Origin: Epiperipatus broadwayi
Taxonomy: Eukaryota > Animalia > Onychophora
Assembly (NCBI GenBank): GCA_028023455.1
Contig: JAQFVV010000010.1
Location: 8,060,001 to 8,124,000, forward strand
Length of the DNA stretch: 64,000 nt
Direction of reading: 5' to 3'
Part shown: piece after piece, positions 1-12,980 of the stretch
Numbering within the stretch: the first letter of the stretch is position 1
Layout of the letters: every line of letters begins with the position of its first letter
Notes under the pieces: model-generated
Told to the model about the DNA's origin: nothing
The model's input: the letters and a program-made list of their open reading frames with translations, nothing else
Database searches by the model: none
Translations under genes and position numbers: made by a program

Positions 1-2999
1 ATAAAACCTTTAAATTATATTAAAGAAATTAATAGAAGATATATGAAACCAATTACATTAATTAAAACTAAAATAATTACATGAACATATATAAAACATC
101 AATTAATTTGATTAATAATTGGCTAATGATAAATGAATGGAAGGTCATGTCATATGTATTATACAATTTTTTTATGCCTTAAAATATTATATAGTTTTAA
201 TAGGTTATAGGTAATTTTATATATAATAAAAAGATAGTGGTCATTATGAATGCAATGTAGATTGTAATTGTAAATTAGTTGAAGCACATAGAAAAGGGCA
301 AAAATTAATATTTGCCAAAAAGAGCTTTTTTGTCTTTGATTACATATATATTATTGTTATTATATAAGGATATTTTATAATATATTATATCATTGATTTA
401 TTTAAAAATAAAACAATATATATATATTATAATGGTCCGGGAAAATGTGGAGTCTTACCGTATCTGTGCTACAGGGTGCCACCAGGCTATTTGAACCTGG
501 AAAATTTATATAGTAGGCAGATATGTAAGTTAAGATTCAAAATTTTACATGTTTTATTCCGACCATCAGCCCTAGTCACTAGCTCATGGAGCAGCAGAGA
601 TAATATAAAATATAAATTCTTACTAAAATATATATTTTTAAATAAAAGAAACCACTGCCAGTAATAACTCACAAACATTTATTAAACATATATAAAGTTT
701 AGAATTATTTTAGTAAAACATTTATTAAACATATATAAAGTTTAGAATTATTTTAGTATAACTTTTACTTTAAAATTTAACTTTCATTTTAACTTTTATT
801 TTAGAATTTAACTTACGTTTTAACTTTTATTTAAGAAGTTCACACAGATGAATTTAATATTTATTAGAATATCAAGTATGAATAGACTATATAGATTGTC
901 TTTGAAAAGAAAATATCCTATTCCTGATTTAACCCTAGGCCAAAAGTTTGCAGTCAAACTAACATCAATCTATCTGATATATCGATGTATTCAATGCAAC
1001 ATGAATATGACAGCACAATACCATACTGTCAGGAATGCACACCGGAACAGTATGGTTATAGAGAAGACATTGTCTCTCATCCAGTACAGGAATGTTACAT
1101 CTGTCTGGTGAGAAGAACAATAAAAAAAACTCCATAGGAAGGGATTGTGTCCTTTTTACCATCTTTCTATCCCATTCCATAGGCTAAAGGAATGATCCAA
1201 AGAGCAGGGAATACATCTGCTTTTGATAGTCAGTATGAAATGGGACTTATTTTGTCCAAGTGTGGCATATCATGTGATCTTGCACATAGCAGATCTCATA
1301 CTACATCCACTAATTACACCAATATATCCAATCGATTAACCCAATTTAACTACGAAACAAAAACATAACTTTACAAATCTATGCAGCCATTTACACCCAA
1401 CTTAAATTTAACATTTATTAAAAGTTGTTTAAAAAAAAATCATAATAAAAACTTAAAAGAACGAAACAAATAACTTAATGGAAATGACTTAAAAAAATAC
1501 ATAAAATAAAATTAGTTATTAATAATAATTTATGTTGGTCAGATAGGATTCTATTTCTATTAAATACTGAAAAGGTTTTGGAATTAAAGTTCTTACTATT
1601 TTGAAAAGGTTCATTAGTTATATAGTTCTTACTGTTTTAGAAAAGTTCATCCCTTACAGTTCCTTGCAATTTGGGATCCAGTGTTAATTCTCCCGATTTC
1701 CTGTGATCCGCAATATGAGAAAATGATTGGTCATTTCTCTTTCCTTTTTTTAGCAAAACTGAAGGGATTGAAGAGTGCATCTTTTCAATCCCTTCTCCTT
1801 CAACTCTCTCTGCACTAACACATACAGTACACCTCTGCTTTCACATCTCTTTTTATATTAACTTTCGAATCCAGTGGACATTACATCATGATGATGATGA
1901 TCCTTTTGTTGAGGTCCATTTTCTGAGGGATTTCTTTTATTGGCTATTAGTTTCTATTGTTTTTTCTCTCCTATCTGACCTTTAATTATATATTTTGAAA
2001 TACCCAAAGGCTAATTCACTTGGGCTAATTAAAATAATCATTTCCATTTTACATAATAGAATTAATTAGATTATTGTACATTCTTTTTATCTTTAAATCT
2101 TTTAAGTTCTTTTTTCTCTCTGAGAATTTAGTTTTAAAATACTTTCCTTTCTTTAATAAAGCTTTCTTTTAATAATTTTTCATCTGTGCGATTTTATATA
2201 TATATAAAGTTTAGATGACTTTTAACTTTCAATTTGTAATTCTTAAAAAAGAAATTTTATTTGTGAACTTTTATTTTTAATGTCTAATTTTTAAAATAAA
2301 TAATGTAATGGCATGTGTGCCCATTACAATATATATATATAACAAAATGTATTTGTAATTTGTATGTTTAATATAGGGGTTAATAATCGATCTATGATAT
2401 TTTACTCTCATTATGTACTGTTTAATTATATGCTATTAAAAAATAGTAAATAAATGAAAAATATTAAAATTTATAAATATGTAAATTTCATAAATCTGAA
2501 TCATTTATAGTATTGCAGCTGTCTTTGTTTTTTCTATCTTGGGAGTATTCTTAGAAAATCTAGCATTGAAGAGTAGTAATTAATTTATTGAATGCATAGA
2601 AAACATATGTAAATACTTTAAACAGGCTTTAACCTGTGTTCAATGCATTTTAAAATTCATAATAATCAAGCATATTTTTCCGATAGAGGTACCTTCCAAA
2701 CCACAACACAAGATAGTGACTTTTATAAAGATAAGAGTGGCCTTCTTATTTTAACCTAAATGTTCACTTATATAGGCGAATATTTTTTAAGCAAAAAGAT
2801 TAGAAAGTCTACAAACTTAAAAGAATAAACTTAAATGATAAAATGAAAGTTATTAATTTAGTAATTAAAGAAAAGAAAATCATATTCTCAAATGAATCAT
2901 ACTGATATATTCAAAAAGAATAATAAAAAAAATTGGTTCCACAAAAAAATGTTACCTTATTAAAATTACTCATTCTTTCAATTATTGTTCTATAATTTT

Positions 3000-3660
3000 T
3001 TTTTATCTCTAAATGAAAGTATAATATAAATATAAAAAAAACTTTTACTATGGTTTTCTTTTTTTTGAGTCATTTTTTCGCACTTGCATTTTTCAATTTC
3101 CATGTTTGTTTTCTTCTTGAAGACTTCTACACAATGTACTGAGTATTTGTCCCTTTTTGGTATGCAGTAATTTAGGTTCACCCAGAATGAATTTGTTCAA
3201 TTTTTGCAATAGAATATTTTACAAGCTAACCAACAGAAAGAATTTTTCCATTTTTCTTTCTAATAATTTTCCAGATCTGGCTAACTCATAGAGACAATCA
3301 TGCTTTTGATTGGAAACAAGGTTGCAGTGTTATTTTTTCTTTTACATTTTTCTTCAGTGAAGAAGGTTACATTGAGGTAGATAATGTTTAGCTTTTAGTT
3401 AAACTTAGCACATAGTTGTCTTTATTTTAAAAATATTTTTTCAAAACACATAGTATGCCCTACATAGCTAAATTCTCCTACTGTCTCATTCAGTAGATTG
3501 ATAAGAAACTGACTGTCATCTTTAACAGTTGGGTCAGGAACTGATTGTTCTCTTCAACAGCTAGGCCAGGGATGCATACTTCTTACAGGATACTGAGGTC
3601 TTTTGATTGACCCACATCTATTTTTGGAACAAATCTATCTTCTACCAATCACATTCCTGT
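3000..3660 (-). mobile_element. Possible very old PLE RT relic
   Basis: SYVGHTMCF...LNIIYLNVTFFTEE resembles RYVDDT.CF...LN.IHPNIKFT.E. Heavily degenerate. Confidence 0.3.
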
Positions 3661-6600
3661 CTCCAAATGACAAAATTTAATACTAACCAATCATGATAAA
3701 AAAAATTACAACAGAATTGTTCAACTATTTACCTCCTTCAACACTGACATTAAAAAGCAAGATAAAAACTTAAATTAGACTCATAACACTGGTAAATAGA
3801 CAAATGATTGAAGAGAAAGAACAAAAGAAAGTATTTATCTGATTTTTTTATAATTCTCTTTTTTACAAACATTTATAAATTATAACACCTTTCAAATATT
3901 AAAATTGTTTAAAAGATATGAAAATTCTTATACTATCATGTGATATTAAAAATATTTAAATTAATTGAATGCCAATTATTATCAAAACACATATGTGGCA
4001 AAATTAAAATTATTTCCCCATGAATTAAATTCTAAATTAAATGACCATGCTGCCAATTATTTATTTGTTTTTAATACAGCAATGTAGCTGCATGGATACT
4101 ATATATTTGTTTATTTTATCAATAAAATACATTCACTAATTACAAAATTGCTTTGTAATTCATCTGAATTAAAAATAAGTTGGATAAAACTTAACCCTTC
4201 TTTCATTTAGATTTCTTAACAAACTTAGAATATTCTTTTTGATAGTAAATATATATCTACCTAGTAATATCTGGAAGATAAATCTGTTAATTACCAGATG
4301 CTTTATTAATAATGAATGATTCAAAAATAATTCTATAAATCACATTTATGCCTTTATTACCATTTATAAAGTTATCTCTTAATGATAAGATGATACGCAT
4401 TTTTTTTTAAACTTCAAAATGCAATAATTCCTTTTTTCCAAATGCAATCCAGATGTTTAAAATTCACAATACTTTTTAATTCATATTTTGTTTTTAAATT
4501 CATTTATTTGACTTAATACATATAAATATTATATAATTTACCTTTATATCAACCATATAGCCATTATTAAAGAATCTTTTTCAACCAGCCCAGAATATTC
4601 GTTGATTTAATTGTAATTTGTCTGATATATTCACAAATCTATGCATAATAATAAAATCTTATTTCTTTTTCTTATTCAGTTTCTACTCCTTTAAATACTT
4701 CTTTTTTGTGTGTTCTTTATATTAAATTTAATAAAATATTTGATTGTCTTAAAAAATAATTATCATCAGACATTTATTTATATGTGGTTATATATATGAC
4801 ATGATGAATGCTTGTTGAAGCAGCAAAAACATTTTATATATATTTAATATAAAAAAGAAAACATGTAAAGAAATATTTTAAGAAGTATAATTTATTGAAT
4901 GTTTTTCTATAACGTATGCTGCAGAAGAAGAAAAGATAAGATTGTATTATGATGTGCAAAAATGTAAATATTTCAAACATGCTTCACTTAAATCAGTAAA
5001 TGTTTTAGGTTGTTTACATGTTACTTCAACAAAAAGTATATATTGACAATTCCTATATAAAATGGCCGACATTATATAAATTTTGTAATAAGTATACTTT
5101 GAAAAAAAAAGTATGGATTGAAAAGTATGATTTTTTTATTTTAATTTTATCATTGCAATTAGTGTGTTAATATAAAATGGCATAATATTTAATCTACACT
5201 AAAAAATAAATTGGATAAAACATGAAAGTTTTTCATTAAATATATAATTATATTATTTTAATGTCTTTGCCATGAGTGAAAGTGATGTTATCCTATTATG
5301 GGTGACAAACTATTAGCTTAAACTAATAACAATTTTATTCACATATTCAAATGTTTGACAAGATAACATATTGGCATAAGAAGTACCTTCTAATACAGAA
5401 AGCCGAACCTACTGAAAAATTGAATTTTTCTAATTATTTAATATTATGTATTCAATTTGTAATTTTGTTATTTATCTTTTATAAGTTTGATTACAATCTG
5501 ATTCCATGTCATCAAAGTTAATTTAATTTCCTTAATTTTTATCCAAAGTGTTTTTCTGAAATTTTAATCTTAGAGGAATTATATATTAAATATTGTTAGT
5601 ATAGAATTTATTTTTGTTAATATTAAGTATATATCAATATTTGTATTTAAATATTAATATTATTTTTGAAAATAGCTAATATACCTGACAATTGTCAAAA
5701 ATTAAGTTGATTTCATTAAAAAAATTTGGAATATGAAAAATATCAACTTAATTTATTTTATTTTTTAAATAAAATCATTTATTAATAGTTAACCTTTTTA
5801 AGATAAAAATTATGCTTTAGTTTAAGGCATAAAATTTTTCATCACTTTTATTAGTTCACTTTATTTAATTCATAGTTTTTCTTTTCCACATTACTTCAAC
5901 AAATTCATCATAATTATCTATTTTTTATGTTGTCTCTTCATAAGTCTTTTATAATCCATTTGTTTATCTACTTCTGTCATCTTTTAAAGTGCCATATCCT
6001 AATTCTATTTCTCTTTCCTAATTCTTTCAATGATATGTTATATTTATGTTTTCATCCATATATTTTTTTTTGATCTCTTTGTTATTATCAATATATTTTT
6101 CATATTTCACCATGTTGTCTGAATTTTTAAAGCCAGTGAAATATTTTAAGCATTTAATCCTACATTTTTACTTGCACCTGACATCTCTCCTAACATTTTC
6201 TTAAGCATTGGATCATTGTTTGCAAAAACAACCACATCTATAAAAAAATCTAAATGATTTATGTAATCATAATTTTTTTGCCCCTATTCTAGTCCACAAC
6301 ATATTTCTCACAAAATTACTGCAAAATGATTTGGAAAATTGAATCAGCCTATCATATACCTTTATCATATGTAAATTTTCTTGCTGTCTCTATTTAATCT
6401 AATTACTGCTGTTGAATTTTGATAATTATTATTATATATTTCTTTTATTTATTCTGATATTCTACAGTTTTACTCAATATCAAATCTAATACTTTTTTAT
6501 AATCTAAAACTCCAAAGTGTAATGGCAATTTATTGATTCTTCCGATATCTTTTAATCCTTATAAATGCTGTATTATTAGATAATTCTATTAAATCTCATT

Positions 6601-6890
6601 TGTTATTTAAGTGATTCCAGTCCAAAGTTCTTTGCAGATGCATTTTTTAAATATTGAAATTGCTATTTCATTTTTCCAATTGTCTAGTTTATTCTTCTTA
6701 TTAGGACATTTTGCACATAGTTTTGACAACAGTTTTATTTATTTATTTTTCTATTCTTTATAAATTTTATTCTATGGCTCACCGTTTATTTAAAAATACT
6801 TGGAATGTCAAAAAATGTCATAAATATAGAGGTCACTTTATTTTTTTGTTATTGTTCTTTAATAAACGATTTAATTTGCCAATTGTTCTT

Positions 6891-7151
6891 AATGATTATG
6901 ATGTGCTTTAATACAAATTGGTGAAGTTATTAAATTAATAAATAATAATAATATTTGGCTTAGAGCTTTCAGGGTATGTTAACTCCCACATTCATAGCCT
7001 TTGTCATTAGTGATTCAGAGCAGTTGTATCACTAATGACAAAGGCTATGAATATGGGTGTTAACATACCCTGAAAGTGCTAAGCCAAATATTATTATTAT
7101 TTATTAATTTAATAACTTCACCAATTTGCATTAAAGCACAACATAATCATT
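6891..7151. mobile_element. Fold-back insertion: two inverted ~125-bp arms, each with an A3-U8-type HHR-like motif
   Basis: Arms 6890-7014 and 7028-7152 with a 13-nt loop. 9-bp direct repeat ATTGTTCTT at 6882-6890 and 7152-7160. It interrupts an RTE relic. Confidence 0.85.
7043..7085 (+). ncRNA. HHR-like motif with AUGAAUA core
   Basis: GGCT-ATGAATA-T-GGGT(GTTAACAT)ACCC-T-GAAA-GTGC-TA-AGCC. The mirror copy at 6957-6999 (minus) has A9>G. Stem II is imperfect. Confidence 0.55.
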
Positions 7152-7587
7152 ATTGTTCTTTACATTAGTAGAATTCTTTATAGAACTTTCACCCACACAC
7201 CATAATTTCCTGTATTTTTTTCCATAGTAATACTTATTTTTATTAATGCCAAAACAACTTTTCTTGAGACCTATTTTCTTTAATAGCATTTCTTTATTAG
7301 TCACAATTATACTTTCTTCTGTCATCATAACTCTTTTCCATAACATTTTACAGAATTTCTGATATTAAAATATTCTAAATGAATCATTTTAAAACATTTT
7401 CATACTTTTTATCATCTACATACCTAGTTTTGTATCATACTAGTTTATTGATGATTTGTTGCTTTTTGTTCAAGCTTTGTTTTGTATCAGTTATCTTTTT
7501 GTTGCCTTCATTCATTTCTGAGCTATCTTTGAAGTCTCTTAATATTTTTCCAAATTTTACTTTAAGATATTTTTAAAGAATAAGAAT

Positions 7588-7693
7588 ATATAAAATTAAC
7601 AAAGCGTATGACACACTTGAATGAGAAGCTATAACGATACACAGAAATTATTACACGCTAAGCACTTTCGAGGCCTTTTGCCTCATATTTTAC
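7588..7693 (-). mobile_element. 5'-truncated pLTR insertion broken inside the HHR core
   Basis: 13-bp direct repeat AAAGAATAAGAAT at 7575-7587 and 7694-7706. Minus strand reads AATAT-GAGGC(AAAAG)GCCTC-GAAA-GTGC-TT-AGC and shares TTATAGCTTC with the 41.7-kb pLTR. Confidence 0.7.
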
Positions 7694-8049
7694 AAAGAAT
7701 AAGAATGTAAATTATTAATAATATAGTCTTTAATTGTTTTTATTCTTATTAATAAAGAACTTTACTTCCTATTTTGAATTATTAAGAACATTACAATCTG
7801 AAATGAATATTTTCTGATAATAAAAATATGACCCAACTCTGTTGCACTATATTTATTTTATGCTTTGGATTTTTCACAATAGAAATCATAATTTCCAGTT
7901 TTTCTTTGTTTGTAAATTCCACAAGTTAATGTCTTCTCAAAAAATGTTTTCCATATGCAAATTTGTTACAATATTTTAATCTTGCAATCATTTTACATAC
8001 TCACAACAGTGGCTATGGACTGGGAACTACCTTGTTCCAGATCCAGGAC

Positions 8050-9200
8050 AATGACCAACCAAGAGTTCTCTATTTTATTAGCTGATTATTGAAGGGTCCA
8101 GAAATAAACTATATTGTGACACAAAAAATAGTTGTATGAGTCTTTCAAGATAATTGTGATACTGATCATAAAAGCTTATGAATTCCTGAATCATAGCTAC
8201 TTGAAAAACTTGGAGTTTGAAACCATCAGAAATTTAATTATATGATTAGATAACACAAGGCTTCAAAAATATGGGTACTGACACATTGAGTGCAGCCATC
8301 AGAATCAGCAATATTTACATGCTGATAATATATTCATCACATCCATAAGGCTAATCATGAAAGAATTGATGAAAAGAAATTCATATCCAGGTAGCAAAAA
8401 GGTAGACAGAAGATCCACATGGCAGGGAAATATTTTTGTATATTGAAAAATAGAATGATGATTCAACCTGTGAAAATAATCTTATATGAATAAAGAGAGA
8501 TCAGTATGCTATCAAAGAAGTTCTGCATTATTATATGGATATTGAAGTAGATAAATGGCAAATCATTGTGCCAGAGGCTATGTGTAACTGATTTGTAATG
8601 TATACACATTCACTGTATGGGTATTATGGTGAAGAAAAGATAGGGAAATTGCAGAATGGTTGATTTTATTGGCCAAAATTGGATGATAATGTGTTTATTA
8701 TGTTAAATACATACAACATATGCCAGAGAAGCAAACTTATTAATAAATCATATGTAGGGTTGTTAAATTCTAAAATACTAGAAAAAATCTAATGAAACCC
8801 TAGCAGTGAATTTTGATGATTCATTAAGATATTCAGAAGAATGAAGTGTCTTATGGTGGATTATGATGATAGGTAGTTGTGTATCCAGTAGATCACACTA
8901 ATGCCCAGAACATTATTTATGCCCTTGAAATCCAGTATTTTGGTATAATAGGAAAACCAGAAGCAATTATTTCAGGCCATGGAATCCTATTTATGTTCAG
9001 TGTATGGCAAAAGTGGGTCATAAAACAAGAAATTAAACATATTTGATTTCTCTTTGTAACTCACAGTTGAAACCATGTGAACATGTGATGTATGAGCTGA
9101 TGCAACTATTCAGGGTTTTTATTAATAGCATCATCATGGTTGGGTTAATCACATCAAAGAGATGGTAAATTACATTAATTAAATGATTAATGAGTCCAAA
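8050..9200 (+). mobile_element. Decayed Ty3/Gypsy pol relic (RNase H to integrase)
   Basis: Broken frames include TDHK(A/S)L, HSLYGYYGEEKI...FYWPKLDDNV...ICQRSK (HHCC zinc finger region) and GKPEAIISGHGILF...WQKW...IKHI (integrase core). Confidence 0.7.
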
Positions 9201-10479
9201 TGGAATTTCTAAAATATTTTTCTGACAGATGACTTAGTTCAAAGTATGAATTATTATCAGGGCACATTTTCATGTATCTATCATATTTCAATTTGAAAAT
9301 ATATAAGAAAAAAACTAAATCTTTTAGACAAGTTATATGACTTCTTGACTGTACATTTTGGTTATTTTGCTATGAAAATAGTATTTATGTATGAATCTGT
9401 AGTGATATTTTATGTCCTAATAAAAGAAGGGCTGGGTTGATTTCCCTGAAATAGAATATTCCTACATACATCCCTATAATGAAAAGATAATTCTGTCTAA
9501 TAAATGCAAGCTATTATTGTATAAATTCTTATAGGAAAAGGGTATGTTATGATATTAAAGATGAAGTAATGTATATAAATCATCTAAAAAAGTATTGTAC
9601 AAGTTTATACAAGAATTTATTTGTGTGCATGTCTGTTGTGTTAAAGAAATTCATTATAGAAATATTAGAGATTTAAAATTCTCTGTAGATATAAGGGGTT
9701 TGCTTTCATTATTAATAATTTTTATAATATGGTGCAATGGCAAAGTGGCAAATCCTGGAGCTCAAAATCCATTACTCATACCCCAGTGCTGTCATTTCTA
9801 GAGTTCAAAACTTCTATAAATGCATGAGCAATAAATCATGCAATTATTTGCTATGTATGGTTGGGTATAGTGATACGATTCTAACAATCAAGATAATCAT
9901 GGTCCTTCTGAATCTCCATTATTATATTATTAATGCAGCTTACTTTTATAATCCCTTGTGTAACATATCCCTATAAGGTCAATGATGCTATAAGATAACC
10001 ATATCTAAAAAACTAATTCATGAAGGTATTATTATTACACTTAGACATAGTATGCTTTAATTTATGTTTATTGCAGATTTATTTCTTCCAAGATAGAACA
10101 TCATGGTTAATTTGGCATAAAATCATGATGTTCATAATAATCTTTATAACTCTATTCTAAACATACATCTTTATGATATTTTTTAATATTATTCAATGAA
10201 TAAAAGAAACCAATGTTATGCAAAGAAAATGGATTTGAACATTTTCTTCAACATAATGCTTATTATATCTTCTACTCATAGCATATACTAAACAAAATAT
10301 TGATAGTGAATGAAACTGTTTCTATTCTTCTATCTGTATACATACATACTCATCATTTGTTGTTATTATTTTAATAACTATATGTGAAGAAACATTTAAA
10401 AGTATAATTTTCTTTTGTTTGTTATCATTATTTATATATTGTTTTATTATATTTCATTTACATATTTATATTATAATAT

Positions 10480-10805
10480 AGGGAATACAGTCCTGTATGA
10501 GGGACCAGAGTGACTTGAGGTCAACATGGGCATAACAACAATATTGGCATCAGCATGGGATTTGGGCTTTCCATCATCAGATTTTCAATGGTATGGATGG
10601 CTGAAGAGTTGGAGGTTGGAGTAGATTGAAGCCTGTCCATTAAAGTATGAAGATTTGCAATCTTAATATAAACTGAGCACTGATTATATATATGTATGTG
10701 AAAGATGATAATTTGGACCAACTGATGAGTGCTGGTTCAGCAAGAAATACATGTATTGGTGATTATTGATCTTTTCTACATGTGTGTAAGCATGTATATC
10801 AGTGA
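10480..10805 (+). repeat. HHR family 1 dispersed copy
   Basis: Reverse complement of the 23.5-24.3-kb unit. HHR at 10718-10759 reads CCAA-CTGATGA-GTGCTG(GTT)CAGCAA-GAAA-TACATG-TA-TTGG. Confidence 0.85.
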
Positions 10806-11614
10806 TATGAGATAGTTGAAAAGTGCTTGAAAGTCTGAGTTCAAATCCCCCATATTTACAATTAAGCTCCAGGTATATGAAGAGTGCTTGTATTTCAAAT
10901 ATTATATTTATATTCTAATAAACTTACCTTTAATATAAAAGAAATCTCTTGGAATTTAATTTATCTTATACTTTTGCCCACTAGGACTAGTTGAATGAAG
11001 AAAATGTTAATAGAAATTACATTCAAGAGGAGTGCAGGATAGTATATGTTCGTATTTAAGATTTTAGTCAAATAATGTTTGCTATGCCTGATAGTATAGA
11101 AAATATTACTGAATACTTATCAGAGTTAATTAGTTTTTATGAGATATGTAAGTCTCTCCACAGTTATTCATTTATGATTTTTTTCTTTTGATTTATTACT
11201 TTAATGGTTTTAACACACATTTTTATTACATGAAAATTATCTCCTGATATAAAACATTAAAAAAATTATACTTATTTATATCACTTTTTTTTGCAACACA
11301 TATATTGCATATAAATGCATGCACATTATAATATTTATAATAATTTCAGTAAACCATTTGTCCTGCATTCTATTCAGATGGTCATTTTCTCAATAGCAAA
11401 TTCACTACTGATATAATTAAGTCTGTTTATTTTATTAACTCTCAACTTTTGATTGTTTACACGCACTTTTAGAGCACAACAATCTTTCTTACTTAAGTTA
11501 GATTTTATTGTCATATACTTAAAATTTGTATCCAAATCAAGACTTTGAAACATTAAACAACATTATGAAATAATATAATTAATATTAGTTATAGTAAATT
11601 GCTATGAAATATCA

Positions 11615-11719
<105 letters not shown>

Positions 11720-12812
11720 TCAAACAAACAAAAAAAATATTTTAAATACATCCATCTGATTATTTATTTAATAAAATGATTATTTTCATATTAATACAAT
11801 TTAATTAATATTGTTCTATGTAGTTTAGAAAAATGATAAAAGCAAACTCAAAATTAAAAATTCTGAGATTGATTAAATCAGTTAAAAAAACTCGATTTGG
11901 TCAACTGAATAATGTTATCAAGCTTAATCTACCACTTAGATTTCAAAACATCACATGATTTCTAGAGCAACTAATTATTCTATTATTTATTTGTACTTAA
12001 CAATAATAAATATTTATTTTATTCTTTTTAATCTGGAAAGTACTAAAATATTCACAATCTATCACTGTAATATCTACTGGTCACATGACTAGCTATAATA
12101 ATTATTCATGAAAAGCCTTTTGCTATAGATTATATAAATAGAAAAAATAAAACAAACTTCTTAAAGACTTTGATCTATTTTTCAAATCCAACTAATTTTT
12201 AATTCAACATCATTCTCCACATTTTGTAGTTTCTCATTTTGGTTTACATAATTAATTGATTTTTTTTTCTTATATATATACCTCTAAAATTTCTCTACTT
12301 TTAAAATCATGCTTAATTCAGTCTCTCTTTTTCTTCACTATTTCCACTCTTTATGATACTTGTATCTTTTTAATTTAATTTATGCTAACTATCTTTTTCA
12401 ATTCATATTTGAAGACTTTGAAGTGTATTCTTAATACTGTTGCCTATAATGTCATGACTAAGAATTCAAATATGGATGAAATTTTGATTCATTTCGAAGA
12501 TATTTACTAAACAATCTTAGAATTTTTTACGATAATAATTCAATATTAATTAGTAAATGGACTTCTAAATGCTTTTTACTAAAAAGTTTAAAGATTTCAA
12601 GATAATTTAAGTTGATCAGATAAGCATCATTTTTTTGATCATAAAACAAAAATACTTTGTATTTGCCTGAAGATTAGTGATAAAAATATATTAGATGTGA
12701 TAATATGTGGGGCTATTTCCATCATCTATAATTAAATGTTGAATGTGTAGAAAATTTTAATCTTTATTTAAAATTTTCAAATATAAACAACTGTTAGTAG
12801 TAACATACAGAG

Positions 12813-12980
12813 TCAAAACTTTCCACACAGTAGCACCACTCAATGCAAGCCAGAGTAATCAATGAATGCAGAAAGACTTGTGCATAAAATCCCTGTCTAG
12901 TGTCTGTTCACCCAATATCCCAGACTAGTTTTTAGCTTGTGGCTTTCATCAGTAAGAAGCCTTGGATCTGAGAACATTGC
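12813..12980 (-). mobile_element. HHR family 2 fragment
   Basis: Homologous to 22391-22801. HHR at 12919-12956 reads CTTA-CTGATGA-A-AGC(CACAA)GCT-A-AAAA-CTAG-TC-TGGG (G12 mutated). Confidence 0.8.

Larger units (their letters stand above)
5850..7570 (-). mobile_element. Highly decayed RTE relic, interrupted by the 6891-7151 fold-back
   Basis: Broken frame FRFFIDVVVFANNDPMLKKMLGEMSGASKNVGLN matches the RTE region LRFADDVVL...LQ.ML.EL...S..VGL..N. Confidence 0.55.

Noticed and set aside
459-496. Candidate 38-nt minus-strand exon with good splice sites (TTTTCCAG / G|GTAAGA)
   Set aside because: Phase-0 translation VQIAWWHPVAQIR does not resemble the kinase sequence expected after VAIK. The adjacent TACAGGGTG looks more like a mariner-type end, whose partner I could not find.
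673-758. 43-bp tandem duplication (similar 16-bp one near 49830)
   Set aside because: Ordinary slippage duplication.
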